From the NCBI GenBank assembly GCA_964461845.1, contig CAYWVH010000001.1:183487-247486 (forward strand): a DNA stretch of 64,000 nucleotides. Reading direction: 5' to 3'. Positions 1 through 13,769 of the stretch are shown piece after piece (the stretch's first letter is position 1; each line of letters starts with the position of its first letter). Origin of the DNA: an uncultured Wenzhouxiangella sp. Lineage in GTDB: Bacteria > Pseudomonadota > Gammaproteobacteria > Xanthomonadales > Wenzhouxiangellaceae. The translations under genes and the position numbers were made by a program. The notes under the pieces are model-generated. The model worked only from the letters and a program-made list of their open reading frames with translations. It was not told the origin of the DNA and did not search any database.

Positions 1-1056
1 ATTTGGTTCGTGATACTGGCTGGTTTTTCACCGATTCCTTTCAAAGCGATCACCATCGCCGCCGGTGCGCTGGGGATGCCTTGGGTTGGATTTATTTTAG
101 GTTCCATCATAGGCCGAGGTGCGCGGTTTTTTATGGTGGCAGGCATCATTTATGCGGGAGGCGAGCGGGCGGCTGAGCACTTGCGAAGCTGGGTCGATCG
201 CATCGGCTGGGCCACGGTCATGATTGCGCTGGTGGTCGCGGTGATTTGGTTGACGGGCTGCACCACAACAAGCACGCCCGCACCCGTGGTTCATCGAAGC
301 GGCATGATGGGTCAGGCGTCTGCTGTGGCGCCGGCCACGTACACCGTTCGATCGGGAGATTCTCTTTATTCCATCGCTTTTCGCTACGGTTTGGATTGGC
401 GTGAAGTGGCCGCTTGGAACCAGATCAAGGCGCCGTATATGATTCAAACGGGGGATCGCTTGAGGTTGCGGGCACCGATTGGGCCTCGCGCTTTGGCAGA
501 AAACACCACCACCCAAAGCCCAGTCAACTCAGCGCCCGTTGAGACCCAGCCTTTGAGGCCTGCGACTTCGGCACCCACGCGTCCTGCTGTGGTGGCGATG
601 CCTAGGCCCTCAGAAGCCACACCAGGCCCCACCATCAAAGCAGCGCCCAGTGCTGGCCAAGTGGCCACGCGTCGGGTTGAGGGGCTGGATTGGCGCTGGC
701 CTTTGGCTGGGCGGTTGGATCGGGTTTTCGATCCCTCTGCCACCAGGAAAGGGATCGGCATTACCGGTCAATCGGGCAATCAGATTGTGGCGGCAGCACC
801 CGGTGAGGTGGTTTACAGCGGAACAGCGCTGATTGGGTATGGTGAGCTCATTATCATTAAGCACTCCGATACCTTTTTGTCTGCCTATGGCTATAACCGG
901 AAACGTTTGGTTGAGGAGGGAATGCGCGTAGAGGCGGGTGCCCCCATCGCCGAGATCGGCCAAAACACCGAAGGCCAGTGGCAGCTCCATTTCGAGATCC
1001 GGAGAAACGGCGACCCCGTTGATCCACGGGCGTTCCTCCCCCCGACAATCCAGTAA
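1..1056 (+). CDS. nlpD: In-frame fusion: C-terminal part of a YqaA/DedA (VTT) family membrane protein + NlpD-type LysM/M23 lipoprotein (5' end outside window)
   Basis: Frame open from base 1 (IWFVILAGFSPIPFKAITIAAG, a YqaA-like motif), then a hydrophobic helix ending in lipobox LTGC (Cys codon 259-261), LysM (YTVRSGDSLYSIA), Pro/Ala/Thr linker, M23 domain (YGELIIIKH, LHFEIR). Confidence 0.85.
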   Translation: MWFVILAGFSPIPFKAITIAAGALGMPWVGFILGSIIGRGARFFMVAGIIYAGGERAAEHLRSWVDRIGWATVMIALVVAVIWLTGCTTTSTPAPVVHRSGMMGQASAVAPATYTVRSGDSLYSIAFRYGLDWREVAAWNQIKAPYMIQTGDRLRLRAPIGPRALAENTTTQSPVNSAPVETQPLRPATSAPTRPAVVAMPRPSEATPGPTIKAAPSAGQVATRRVEGLDWRWPLAGRLDRVFDPSATRKGIGITGQSGNQIVAAAPGEVVYSGTALIGYGELIIIKHSDTFLSAYGYNRKRLVEEGMRVEAGAPIAEIGQNTEGQWQLHFEIRRNGDPVDPRAFLPPTIQ

Positions 1057-1215
1057 CTTGCGACCCAAGCTAAAAGTGGGTTCTTCAAAAGCGCGCTATC
1101 TGTCGGTATCTCTTGACTTTTTCTGAAATTTTCGGGATCATGCCCCCAAGCGTCTGGCAAAAAGGTCCCTTCCGTGTCTGCAAGAAGGCTTGAATTACCA
1201 ACGAATTTAAGGTGG

Positions 1216-2517
1216 ATGCGCATCGCATTGGTCGCGCTGGCATGGGCTGTGGTCTCGCTTGCCCAAGCAGACGCCGTAGAGAACTTGCGGGTCTGGTCTG
1301 GCCCCGATGGCACCCGCGTGGTCTTCGACCTAGATTCTGCCGTTGAGTACAACATCATTGAGCTCGATGGGCCCGATCGCGTGGTGGTGGATCTAAAAGA
1401 CACCCGCCTGGGCGGTGATCTTAGTTTGGTCCCTGACCGCAACGACCTGATTACCTCCGTTCGTCATGGCATCCGCAATGGCGATGACCTTCGTGTGGTC
1501 TTCGATCTTAAAACCCGAGCCAAACCCACCAGCTTCTTGTTGCCACCTGCGGGCAAGTATGGCCATCGTTTGGTCATTGACCTTGTGTCAGACGATGTGG
1601 TGCCGGCAGCAGAGCGCATCCGTCAAGCCACCCAGGTGACGGTGAGCGGTGAGCGGCCAATGATCGTGGCCATTGATGCAGGCCATGGTGGAGAAGATCC
1701 AGGGGCCATCGGCCCAGCGGGCACGTTCGAAAAAACAGTCGTGCTGAAGATCGCCCAAGAGCTCAAACGTCAACTCGATGCCATGCCAGGAGTGCAGGGG
1801 GTGTTGCTTCGCACCGATGACTACTTCATTCCGTTAAGAGATCGGTACCAACGGGCACGTCAAGCGGGGGCTGATTTGTTTATCTCGATCCATGCGGATG
1901 CGTTCAGAGATTTTCGGGTACGAGGAAGCTCTGTGTATGTCTTATCCCAGCGGGGTGCATCCAGCGAGGCTGCGCGCATGTTGGCCAAGGCTGAGAACGA
2001 GGCTGACTTGATTGGTGGCGTGAAACTTGACCGAGGTGATGATGTTTTAAGCTCGGTGCTGTTGGATCTGTCCCAAAGCGCGACGATGGAATACAGCGCT
2101 CATGCCGCACAAAACCTACTCGATCAACTCGGCACAGTGGGGCGCCGTCACCGCAAGCAAGTCGAGAGTGCAAACTTTATGGTGCTTCGCTCGCCCGATG
2201 TGCCCAGCGTGTTGGTGGAGGTGGGGTTCATCTCCAACCCGCAGGATGAACAAAACCTCAACACGTCAGCACATCGGAAGAAAGTGGCCACAGCCTTGGC
2301 GCAAGGCATTCATCGGCATTTTATGCGCACCGCGCCTCAAGGGACTTGGTATGCCGCGAATCGATCTGAGCAGCAATACATCGTGCAACGGGGCGATACG
2401 CTCGGCATGATTGCCCAGCAACACCGTGTCAGCATCAATGATTTGCGTGCAAGCAATAACATCAATGGCGATCTCATCAAGCCAGGCGCTGTTTTAGTCA
2501 TTCCCGCCGGCTCATAA
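1216..2517 (+). CDS. N-acetylmuramoyl-L-alanine amidase (AMIN + Amidase_3 + C-terminal LysM), AmiB/AmiC type
   Basis: Signal peptide MRIALVALAWAVVSLAQA; AMIN (TRVVFDL, LRVVFDL); Zn-ligand motifs DAGHGG, EKT, SIHAD, VEVGF; LysM YIVQRGDTL; upstream of mutL as in amiB-mutL. Start ATG 1216 preferred over GTG 1174. Confidence 0.92.
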   Translation: MRIALVALAWAVVSLAQADAVENLRVWSGPDGTRVVFDLDSAVEYNIIELDGPDRVVVDLKDTRLGGDLSLVPDRNDLITSVRHGIRNGDDLRVVFDLKTRAKPTSFLLPPAGKYGHRLVIDLVSDDVVPAAERIRQATQVTVSGERPMIVAIDAGHGGEDPGAIGPAGTFEKTVVLKIAQELKRQLDAMPGVQGVLLRTDDYFIPLRDRYQRARQAGADLFISIHADAFRDFRVRGSSVYVLSQRGASSEAARMLAKAENEADLIGGVKLDRGDDVLSSVLLDLSQSATMEYSAHAAQNLLDQLGTVGRRHRKQVESANFMVLRSPDVPSVLVEVGFISNPQDEQNLNTSAHRKKVATALAQGIHRHFMRTAPQGTWYAANRSEQQYIVQRGDTLGMIAQQHRVSINDLRASNNINGDLIKPGAVLVIPAGS

Positions 2518-2543
2518 ACACCCATTGGGGTTACACTTTAGGC

Positions 2544-4343
2544 ATGCCCATTCGTGCCTTAGACCCTCATTTGGTCAATCAAATCGCAGCAGGCGAGGTG
2601 GTTGATCGACCCGCCTCCATCGTCAAAGAACTGATTGAAAACAGCCTAGATGCTGGCGCACGTCGCATCGAGTTGCACATCAACCAAGGTGGTCTGGGAC
2701 TGATCAAGGTCCAAGACGATGGTCTGGGCATTTCGAAAGACGAGCTCTTGTTGGCAATTACACCGCATGCCACCAGTAAGATCCATTCTTTGGCCGATCT
2801 TGAGGCGGTGGCGAGCCTCGGTTTTCGGGGCGAAGCGCTGGCTTCGATCGCCTCAGTCAGTCGATTTAGATTGGCCTCTCGGTGCTTTGGTGATGACAGT
2901 GGGCATGAGTTGATCAGCCACGGTGGCGCATTGGTGGGACCTAACCCAGTGGCCCATCGCCATGGCACCACCGTTGAGGTGGCGGATTTGTTTTTCAACA
3001 CGCCAGCCAGGCGGAAGTTCCTACGGACTGAGAAAACAGAGTTCGGTCACATCGATGATGTGGTTAAAAAGATCGCACTGGCGCACATGCAAGTTGAGTT
3101 TGAGCTCTACCACAATCAGCGCTTGGTTCGACAGCTCAAGGGCGCGAGCGATGAAGCGCTCGTGATCAGACGCCTGCATCAAGTCTGTAGCGAGGCCTTT
3201 GTTGAACATGCCATCGCCATCGATCAAGAAGAATCAAGCATGCATTTGACAGGCTGGGTGGCTCGGCCCACATTTTCTCGGCCGCAGGCCGATCAGCAGT
3301 TTTTCTATATCAACGGTAGATTGGTTCGAGACCGCTTGGTGGCCCACGCGATCCGGCAGGCCTATCGGGATGTATTGTTTCATGGTCGTCACCCAGCGTT
3401 TGTCTTGCATCTGACCATGGCGCCTGAGGCCTTGGATGTGAATGTGCACCCACAAAAGACCGAGGTTCGGTTTAGGGATGCGGGCAAAGTCCATCAATTT
3501 CTGTTTGGGCGTTTGCACCAAGCCTTGGCAGAGACGCGCCCGGGTTCTGCAGCAAGTCAGCCCCATAGCCAAGCAGGATCAAGTGGATTCAATGTTCCAT
3601 CGGCCCGCACACAGTCCCTCGGCGCCACGGCCTATGAACAGCTGGGTCTGTCTGTCAAAGCAGCGGCCGCACACTATGAGACGCTCATGGCTGGTTCTAT
3701 GCCCTCAAGCAGCCTCAGCGCATCATCAATCGAGTCAGATGACAATGGAGGCGGTGAGATTCCGCCCTTGGGCTATGCCAGAGCACAAATCCATGGGGTG
3801 TTCATCGTCGCTGAGAATGCACACGGTTTGGTGTTGGTGGATATGCATGCAGCACATGAACGGGTGGTGTATGAGCAACTAAAAACAGATTGGCAAAAGA
3901 GTCGCGTCCAAGCACAACGCTTGCTGGTGCCCACGCAGTTGTCGGTCAAGGCCTCGCAGTTGGGGCTATTAGAGCAGCATGACGAGGCTTTGGCGCGCTT
4001 GGGCTTGGAGCTCAGTCCTGCAGGGCCAAGCAGTCTTTTGATTCGTGCCATCCCCAGTTTGTTGTCTCAGAATCAGGCAACCGATTTGGTGGCCAAGGTG
4101 CTTGAGGAACTCGATGAGGTGGGGCAAAGCCAAGTGATCGAGGGCGCCATTGACCATCTTTTGGCCACCATGGCCTGCTATGGCTCGGTGCGGGCGAACC
4201 GATCACTCACCTTGGCTGAGATGAATGGTCTGCTGCGCGCGATGGAAGCCTCAGCGCGCTCGGATCAATGCAACCATGGTCGACCCACTTGGGTGCAGTT
4301 GGATATGAATACGTTAGACCGTCTGTTCTTGCGCGGTCAATGA
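2544..4343 (+). CDS. mutL: DNA mismatch repair protein MutL
   Basis: NQIAAGEVVDRPASIVKELIENSLDAGA, GFRGEALASI, DMHAAHERV, CNHGRPT. Confidence 0.98.
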   Translation: MPIRALDPHLVNQIAAGEVVDRPASIVKELIENSLDAGARRIELHINQGGLGLIKVQDDGLGISKDELLLAITPHATSKIHSLADLEAVASLGFRGEALASIASVSRFRLASRCFGDDSGHELISHGGALVGPNPVAHRHGTTVEVADLFFNTPARRKFLRTEKTEFGHIDDVVKKIALAHMQVEFELYHNQRLVRQLKGASDEALVIRRLHQVCSEAFVEHAIAIDQEESSMHLTGWVARPTFSRPQADQQFFYINGRLVRDRLVAHAIRQAYRDVLFHGRHPAFVLHLTMAPEALDVNVHPQKTEVRFRDAGKVHQFLFGRLHQALAETRPGSAASQPHSQAGSSGFNVPSARTQSLGATAYEQLGLSVKAAAAHYETLMAGSMPSSSLSASSIESDDNGGGEIPPLGYARAQIHGVFIVAENAHGLVLVDMHAAHERVVYEQLKTDWQKSRVQAQRLLVPTQLSVKASQLGLLEQHDEALARLGLELSPAGPSSLLIRAIPSLLSQNQATDLVAKVLEELDEVGQSQVIEGAIDHLLATMACYGSVRANRSLTLAEMNGLLRAMEASARSDQCNHGRPTWVQLDMNTLDRLFLRGQ

Positions 4344-5281
4344 AACCCATCATCATCATTTCGGGCCCAACGGCCGCTGGCAAGACCGCTTTGGCCATGG
4401 CAATGGCTGAACGTCATCCCGTGGCTTTGATCAATGTGGATTCAGCACAAGTGTATCGAGGCTTGAACATTGGCAGCGCCAAACCTGATGTCGAATTTCT
4501 CGCCACTTACCCCCATGCATTGATCGATATCCGAGATCCAGAGGAGACCTACTCGGTCGCTGAATTTGTCGAGGATGCTCGCCAAGCGATAGAGGATGCC
4601 CATGACCAAAACCGTTGGCCGGTATTGGTCGGTGGCACCGCGCTTTATTTGCGGGCCATTTTGTATGGTCTGGATGAGCTGCCAAGCGCCGATGCCGATG
4701 TCAGGCAAGCCATCTTGGCCCGAGCTGAACAAGAGGGATGGGCGGCTTTGTATGCCGAGTTGATGGCCATAGATTCAAGCTTGGCGGCCACCATTCGACC
4801 CTCGGATCGCCAACGCATTCAGCGGGCTTTGGAGATCTTCACGCTGACCCAACAAAAGCCCAGTGCATTGATGAGCAACAATCGGGTGCCCTTGCATCCA
4901 AGCTTAAGGCTGGTGGTCACACCGAAAGACCGATCGCTTCTTCATCAACGCATTGCTCGGCGCCTTGATCACATGTTGAGCGCAGGGTTCATGGACGAGG
5001 TGGCGGCTTTGATGGCGCGACCGAACTTAACAGCAGATCACGCGTCTATGAGAAGCGTGGGGTATCGGCAGGTTTGGGCCTACTTGGAGCAAGGTGGTCA
5101 AAACCGAGCGGGCTTGCACGATGACATAGTGGCTGCCACCCGGCAACTGGCCAAGCGCCAGCTGACGGCATTGCGTAAATTATCGCAAGCGCTCTGGTAT
5201 GATTCTGAATCTAGCCATTTGATTGAAATGGCGAGTAAGCAAGTGGTGCGCTATATGGCCAAGCACTCGTCGGTCGATTAG
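4340..5281 (+). CDS. miaA: tRNA dimethylallyltransferase
   Basis: GPTAAGKT, DSAQVYRGLNIGSAKP, VGGTALY, VGYRQ; ATGA overlap with mutL stop; start set at ATG 4340. Confidence 0.97.
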   Translation: MKPIIIISGPTAAGKTALAMAMAERHPVALINVDSAQVYRGLNIGSAKPDVEFLATYPHALIDIRDPEETYSVAEFVEDARQAIEDAHDQNRWPVLVGGTALYLRAILYGLDELPSADADVRQAILARAEQEGWAALYAELMAIDSSLAATIRPSDRQRIQRALEIFTLTQQKPSALMSNNRVPLHPSLRLVVTPKDRSLLHQRIARRLDHMLSAGFMDEVAALMARPNLTADHASMRSVGYRQVWAYLEQGGQNRAGLHDDIVAATRQLAKRQLTALRKLSQALWYDSESSHLIEMASKQVVRYMAKHSSVD

Positions 5282-5348
5282 ACGGCCAATGAGCTGGCAT
5301 TGGGGTTTTTCAGATAAGTGATGACTAAATTGGAGGAGATCAAACCGC

Positions 5349-5588
5349 ATGTCTAAGGGTCAGTCGCTACAAGATCCGTTTTTAAATGCGCTCAGGCGTG
5401 AAAAAGTTCCAGTATCTATTTACTTGGTCAGCGGCATTAAGCTTCAGGGGCACATTGAGTCATTCGATAATTTCGTGATTTTGCTCAAGAATTCAGTAAG
5501 CCAAATGATCTACAAGCATGCCGTCTCTACCATCGTGCCGGCTCGGAATGTGGACTACGGCGATGCTGGCGCTTTGGAGAATGACTGA
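5349..5588 (+). CDS. hfq: RNA chaperone Hfq
   Basis: [16 protein letters not shown]...YKHAVST; GGAGGAG SD upstream. Confidence 0.99.
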   Translation: MSKGQSLQDPFLNALRREKVPVSIYLVSGIKLQGHIESFDNFVILLKNSVSQMIYKHAVSTIVPARNVDYGDAGALEND

Positions 5589-6913
5589 TCTTTAAGACCA
5601 CCGAGCAAGAGGTCCAGCGTGCGCTGACCCAGCGATGCGTCTTATTGCACCCCGAGTTGGGTGAGGAGATCACCCCTGAGGCTCGGTTGGAGTTTAGATG
5701 TCTGGCGGAATCCGCGGGCCTTGAGGTGGTAGGAGAGATTCAAGCCCGCCGCCACCGCGCAGACCCTGCCACCTTGGTTGGGTCTGGGAAAGTCGATGAA
5801 ATCAAAGATCACATGGCCGAGCGCGAGGCCGGGCTTTTGCTGGTCAATGGCAGGTTAAGCCCCATCCAAGAGCGAAACCTCTCTCGCGTACTGGATTGCC
5901 CCGTTCTCGACCGGACGACCTTGATCCTCGATATTTTTGCGCAACGGGCCAGATCTCATGAGGGCAAGTTGCAAGTTGAGTTGGCCCAGCTTAGGCACTT
6001 ATCCACGCGACTCATCCGAGGCTGGACCCACTTAGAGCGCCAACGCGGCGGCATCGGGATGCGTGGCCCGGGTGAGACGCAGTTGGAGACAGACCGCCGC
6101 TTGGTGGCTCAGCGCATCAAGCAGCTGACTCAGCGGCTGGCCCGGGTTGAGCGAAGAAGAAGTGAGGGGCGGCGGGCGCGCGATCGATCTGAAGTGCCCG
6201 TTGTGGCCCTGGTCGGTTATACCAACGCTGGAAAATCGACGCTGTTTAATCGCCTGACCGATTCTTCGGTGGTCGCAAAAGACCAACTGTTTGCCACCCT
6301 AGATCCCACCGTTCGCCGCATCCAAGAGGGCGGTGAGAAAAGTGGCCAAGGGTCAGATATCCTCCTAACAGATACCGTTGGATTCATTCGAGATCTGCCC
6401 CATGAGTTGATCGCTGCTTTCCGCTCCACCTTAGAAGAAACAGCCCAAGCGGATTTGGTGTTGCATGTGATTGATTCCGCCGACCCTGACCGACTGACCT
6501 ACCAAGCAGTGGTAGAAGAGGTCTTGGCCGACATTGGGGCCGCCAAGGTGCCCACCTTGTTTGTGATGAATAAGATCGATGAAACCGGCCATGACGCCGG
6601 GATAGAGCGAGATGCTCAGGGCCTGCCCGATCGCGTCTATGTTTCAGCGCTCACAGGCGAAGGCATAGAGGATGTGCTCGGTGCCATCAAGGAGCGCTTG
6701 AGTCATGGGCGCATCCATAAAGATATTTCTCTGCCGGCCTCGGGACAGCGCCTGAGGGCCAAGCTTTTTGATCTGGGGGCCGTGCGCTCAGAATCGTTTG
6801 AACCGGATGGCACCAGCAATTTATCGGTGGATCTAGACCGTCGGGATGCACAGTTATTGAGCCGTTTGGGGGGTGTAGACGGCGAAATGGCGAGGCAACT
6901 CCTGTTAAACTAG
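5585..6913 (+). CDS. hflX: Ribosome rescue GTPase HflX
   Basis: [60 protein letters not shown]; frame open from CTG 5585; start uncertain (5585 vs TTG 5645). Confidence 0.95.
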   Translation: MIFKTTEQEVQRALTQRCVLLHPELGEEITPEARLEFRCLAESAGLEVVGEIQARRHRADPATLVGSGKVDEIKDHMAEREAGLLLVNGRLSPIQERNLSRVLDCPVLDRTTLILDIFAQRARSHEGKLQVELAQLRHLSTRLIRGWTHLERQRGGIGMRGPGETQLETDRRLVAQRIKQLTQRLARVERRRSEGRRARDRSEVPVVALVGYTNAGKSTLFNRLTDSSVVAKDQLFATLDPTVRRIQEGGEKSGQGSDILLTDTVGFIRDLPHELIAAFRSTLEETAQADLVLHVIDSADPDRLTYQAVVEEVLADIGAAKVPTLFVMNKIDETGHDAGIERDAQGLPDRVYVSALTGEGIEDVLGAIKERLSHGRIHKDISLPASGQRLRAKLFDLGAVRSESFEPDGTSNLSVDLDRRDAQLLSRLGGVDGEMARQLLLN

Positions 6914-6958
6914 GTCGTATTTTTGATACTTTGATTGATTTTACTATCGGAGAGATGC

Positions 6959-8119
6959 ATGCCTTGGAATGAACCTGGTCGCTCAAGCGGGGGTGATAAA
7001 GATCCGTGGAAGGGTGGGAGCGGTAATCAGCCGCCAGATCTTGATGAGGTGTTTGCCAATGTGCAGCGTCGCCTGAAAAAGATCATGGGTGGCGGCAACG
7101 ACGGCAAAGACAGCAGCGGGGGTGGCTCCAGTGGTGCGCCTTCCAATGCCGGTATCTTTACAGTGGTCGCGATCATTCTGGCTGGCTGGGTGTTGTGGAA
7201 TTCGATTCATATCATCGATGAATCGGAGCGCGGGGTGGTGCTTCGTTTTGGGGAATACACCAGGACGCTGAGTCCCGGTTTGAATCTTACCTTGCCACGC
7301 CCGATCGAGGAAGTGACAACGGTCAACGTGTCTCGTGTGCGCTCGATTGAGAGTTCTTCACGCATGCTCACTGGAGATGAGAACCTCATCGACTTGGCGT
7401 TTGCCGTGCAGTACCGCATCAATGAGCCAGAAAAGTTCCTCTTTAATGTGGCTGTCCCAGAGGAGTCTCTGGCTCAAGCAGCCGACAGTGCCATGCGCGA
7501 AGTGGTCGGGACCAATAACATGGACTACATCCTAGAGATTGGTCGAGGCCAGATCGCCTTGGATACACAAGTGCTGTTAGAAGAAGTCTTGACGCGCTAT
7601 GACCCAGGCATTGAAATCACCTCGTTTAACTTGCAAGAAGTTCGCCCTCCCAGTCAGGTCCGTGCGGCATTTGATGATGTGGTTCGTGCAAGAGAAGACC
7701 AAATCCGTTTCGCCAATGAGGCGCAGGCCTATGCCAATCAGGTGGTTCCTGAGGCACGGGGTCAAGCGGCTCGTGTTTTGGAGGAGGCTCAAGGTTATCG
7801 AGAATCCATCATCGCCAAAGCCTCAGGTGAAGCAGACCGCTTCAGCGCGATTTATGCTGAATATGCCAGAGCACCAGAAGTGACCCGCGAGCGCCTTTAC
7901 CTAGAGACATTGGAAAATGTCTACGGGCGCTCTGCGAAGATCCTGTTGGATACATCCAGCCAGAACAACATGTTTTATCTTCCGTTGGATCGGATGATGG
8001 GTGCTGACGCAGGCTCGGTTAATCGCATGCCGCCACCGCCATTAATGGCGCCAAGCGAGCAGCAGAGTAGAAACAACAGCACGGATCTACGTGCTAGAAC
8101 TGGCCGAGAGGGACGTTAA
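6959..8119 (+). CDS. hflK: FtsH modulator HflK
   Basis: MPWNEPG, PPDLDEVF, single TM, SPFH domain; start ATG 6959. Confidence 0.97.
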   Translation: MPWNEPGRSSGGDKDPWKGGSGNQPPDLDEVFANVQRRLKKIMGGGNDGKDSSGGGSSGAPSNAGIFTVVAIILAGWVLWNSIHIIDESERGVVLRFGEYTRTLSPGLNLTLPRPIEEVTTVNVSRVRSIESSSRMLTGDENLIDLAFAVQYRINEPEKFLFNVAVPEESLAQAADSAMREVVGTNNMDYILEIGRGQIALDTQVLLEEVLTRYDPGIEITSFNLQEVRPPSQVRAAFDDVVRAREDQIRFANEAQAYANQVVPEARGQAARVLEEAQGYRESIIAKASGEADRFSAIYAEYARAPEVTRERLYLETLENVYGRSAKILLDTSSQNNMFYLPLDRMMGADAGSVNRMPPPPLMAPSEQQSRNNSTDLRARTGREGR

Positions 8120-8121
8120 TC

Positions 8122-8985
8122 ATGCGGATCATTTTACCCATTGTTATTGTTGCGGCTTTGTTTGTCGGACTCAACAGTTTATTTGTGGTCAAAGAGACAG
8201 AGTTTGCCATCAAGTTCAGGCTCGGTGAGATCATCAAAACAGACTATGAGCCCGGGCTTCATTTCAAGATGCCTTTTGTCAACAACGTACGGAAGTTCGA
8301 CAACCGATTGATCACGCTTGATATGCAGCCTGAGCAGATGAACACGGCAGAGCAGAAGTTCGTCGAGGTTGACTATTACGTCAAATGGCGGATCTTTGAT
8401 CCAGCGGCTTATTACATCTCCACCCAAGGCGACATGATGTTCACGCGCTCTAGATTGGCCCAGCTGATCAGAAACGATTTGCGGGATGAATTTGCCAGAC
8501 GAACACTCAGCGAAGTGGTCTCAGAGCAGCGTCGGGAAATGATGGACCAGCTTCAGGTCCGAGCGGATCTTCGCTTTGAAGATTTTGGGATTGATGTGAT
8601 TGATGTTCGTATTAAAAAGATTGAGTTGACCGACGAGGTGCTGAACTCAGTCTTTGATCGGATGGAAACACAGCGGACTGAGTTTGCCAACGAACTTCGC
8701 TCCTTGGGTCGTGAGCGCTCCGAGCGCATCCGTGCCGATGCCGACAGGCAGGTGCGTGTCTTGTTGGCGGATGCAGAGCGAGATGCTGCGCGCATTCGTG
8801 GTGAGGGCGATGCTCAGGCGATTGAGATTTATGCTGCCGCCTACAACAAAGACCAAGAGTTCTTCTCGTTTTGGCGAAGCCTTCAAGCCTATGACACCGC
8901 GTTCGGCACCCAAAACGATGTCATGCTGATGGATACAAGATCAGATTTCTTTCGGTATTTTGACCAGGCTAGGCCTGCGCAATAA
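8122..8985 (+). CDS. hflC: FtsH modulator HflC
   Basis: EPGLHFKMPF, IDVRIKKI, FFSFWRSL; follows hflK. Confidence 0.97.
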   Translation: MRIILPIVIVAALFVGLNSLFVVKETEFAIKFRLGEIIKTDYEPGLHFKMPFVNNVRKFDNRLITLDMQPEQMNTAEQKFVEVDYYVKWRIFDPAAYYISTQGDMMFTRSRLAQLIRNDLRDEFARRTLSEVVSEQRREMMDQLQVRADLRFEDFGIDVIDVRIKKIELTDEVLNSVFDRMETQRTEFANELRSLGRERSERIRADADRQVRVLLADAERDAARIRGEGDAQAIEIYAAAYNKDQEFFSFWRSLQAYDTAFGTQNDVMLMDTRSDFFRYFDQARPAQ

Positions 8986-8997
8986 CACGTCGAATAA

Positions 8998-12662
<3,665 letters not shown>

Positions 12663-12670
<8 letters not shown>

Positions 12671-13769
12671 TGATGAACTAGACAAAATCCGGCAGGCCAT
12701 CGATGATGTCGATGCCCAGGTCCAGGCTTTGATCAATCGCCGTGCGGCTTTGGCCATGGACGTCCGACGAATCAAGGGGGATTTGACTGATGCCAGCGAC
12801 TACTATCGACCAGACCGTGAGGCTCAAGTATTAAGAAAAGTGGTTGAGCGGAATCAAGGGCTCGACGCTGGTTTGTCCGATGCGGTCATGCTTCGGGTGT
12901 TTCGCGAGATCATGTCCGCCTGCTTGGCACAGCAAGAGCCTTTGCGCATTGCCTATTTGGGGCCTGAGGGGACGTTTACGCAGCAAGCGGTCTACCGCCA
13001 GTTTGGCCATTCGGTCAACCCGATCGCGCAACCCTCCATTGAAGAAGTTTTTTTGCAGGTGCAGGCGGGGGAGGCCGATTTTGGTGTGGTGCCCGTCGAA
13101 AACTCCACCCAAGGCATTGTGTCACACACGCTGGATATGTTTCTCCACTCAGACATCAAGATTGCAGCAGAAGTGGAGCTTAGGATTCATCAGCATTTAC
13201 TCACACGCGCAAAAAGCCTTGAATCAATTCAACGGGTCTATGCCCATCAACAGTCTTTGGCGCAATGTAAGCACTGGCTGGCAGCCCACTTGCCTGAGGC
13301 TGAGTTAATTGCGGTCTCGTCGAACGCTGAAGCCGCCAGACGGGTCAGACAAATGAGCGATGCTGCGGCCATTGCCTCGCGTCATGCCTCTGAGGTGTAT
13401 GGACTGCCAGTTTTGTTTGGCAACATTGAGGACCATGTTGATAACACCACCCGTTTTTTGGTGTTGGGTCGGGCCCTGTTGCCACCTTCAGGCGATGATA
13501 AGACCACCATTTTGGTGGCGGGAAGCGACGGACCAGGTGCTTTGTTCAAGATGATCGAGCCGCTGTCTCGCCATGGCGTCAACATGACGCGCATCGAATC
13601 TCGGCCTTCTAGGCAAGGGCGTTGGGATTATGTTTTCTTCATTGATCTAGATGGCCATATCGACGAGGGACCCATCCATGCGGCCATCGAAGAGCTGGGT
13701 TCAGAGGCGCGTATGGTTAAAGTGTTGGGCACCTATCCTCGGGCGATCGAGGGAGCGCTTGGGACATGA
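12663..13769 (+). CDS. pheA: Bifunctional chorismate mutase/prephenate dehydratase (P-protein)
   Basis: AroQ domain (YRPDREAQV), YLGPEGTF, PVENSTQG, NTTRF, IESRPS (ACT); start ATG 12663. Confidence 0.97.

Noticed and set aside
891-1442. 183-aa minus-strand ORF and the many other 60-190 aa ORFs overlapping annotated genes (e.g. 30485-30904, 36057-36641, 38917-39459, 51179-51751)
   Set aside because: They lie antisense or out of frame inside well-supported genes, are Ser/Arg/Pro-rich and show no recognisable motifs, so they are shadow ORFs
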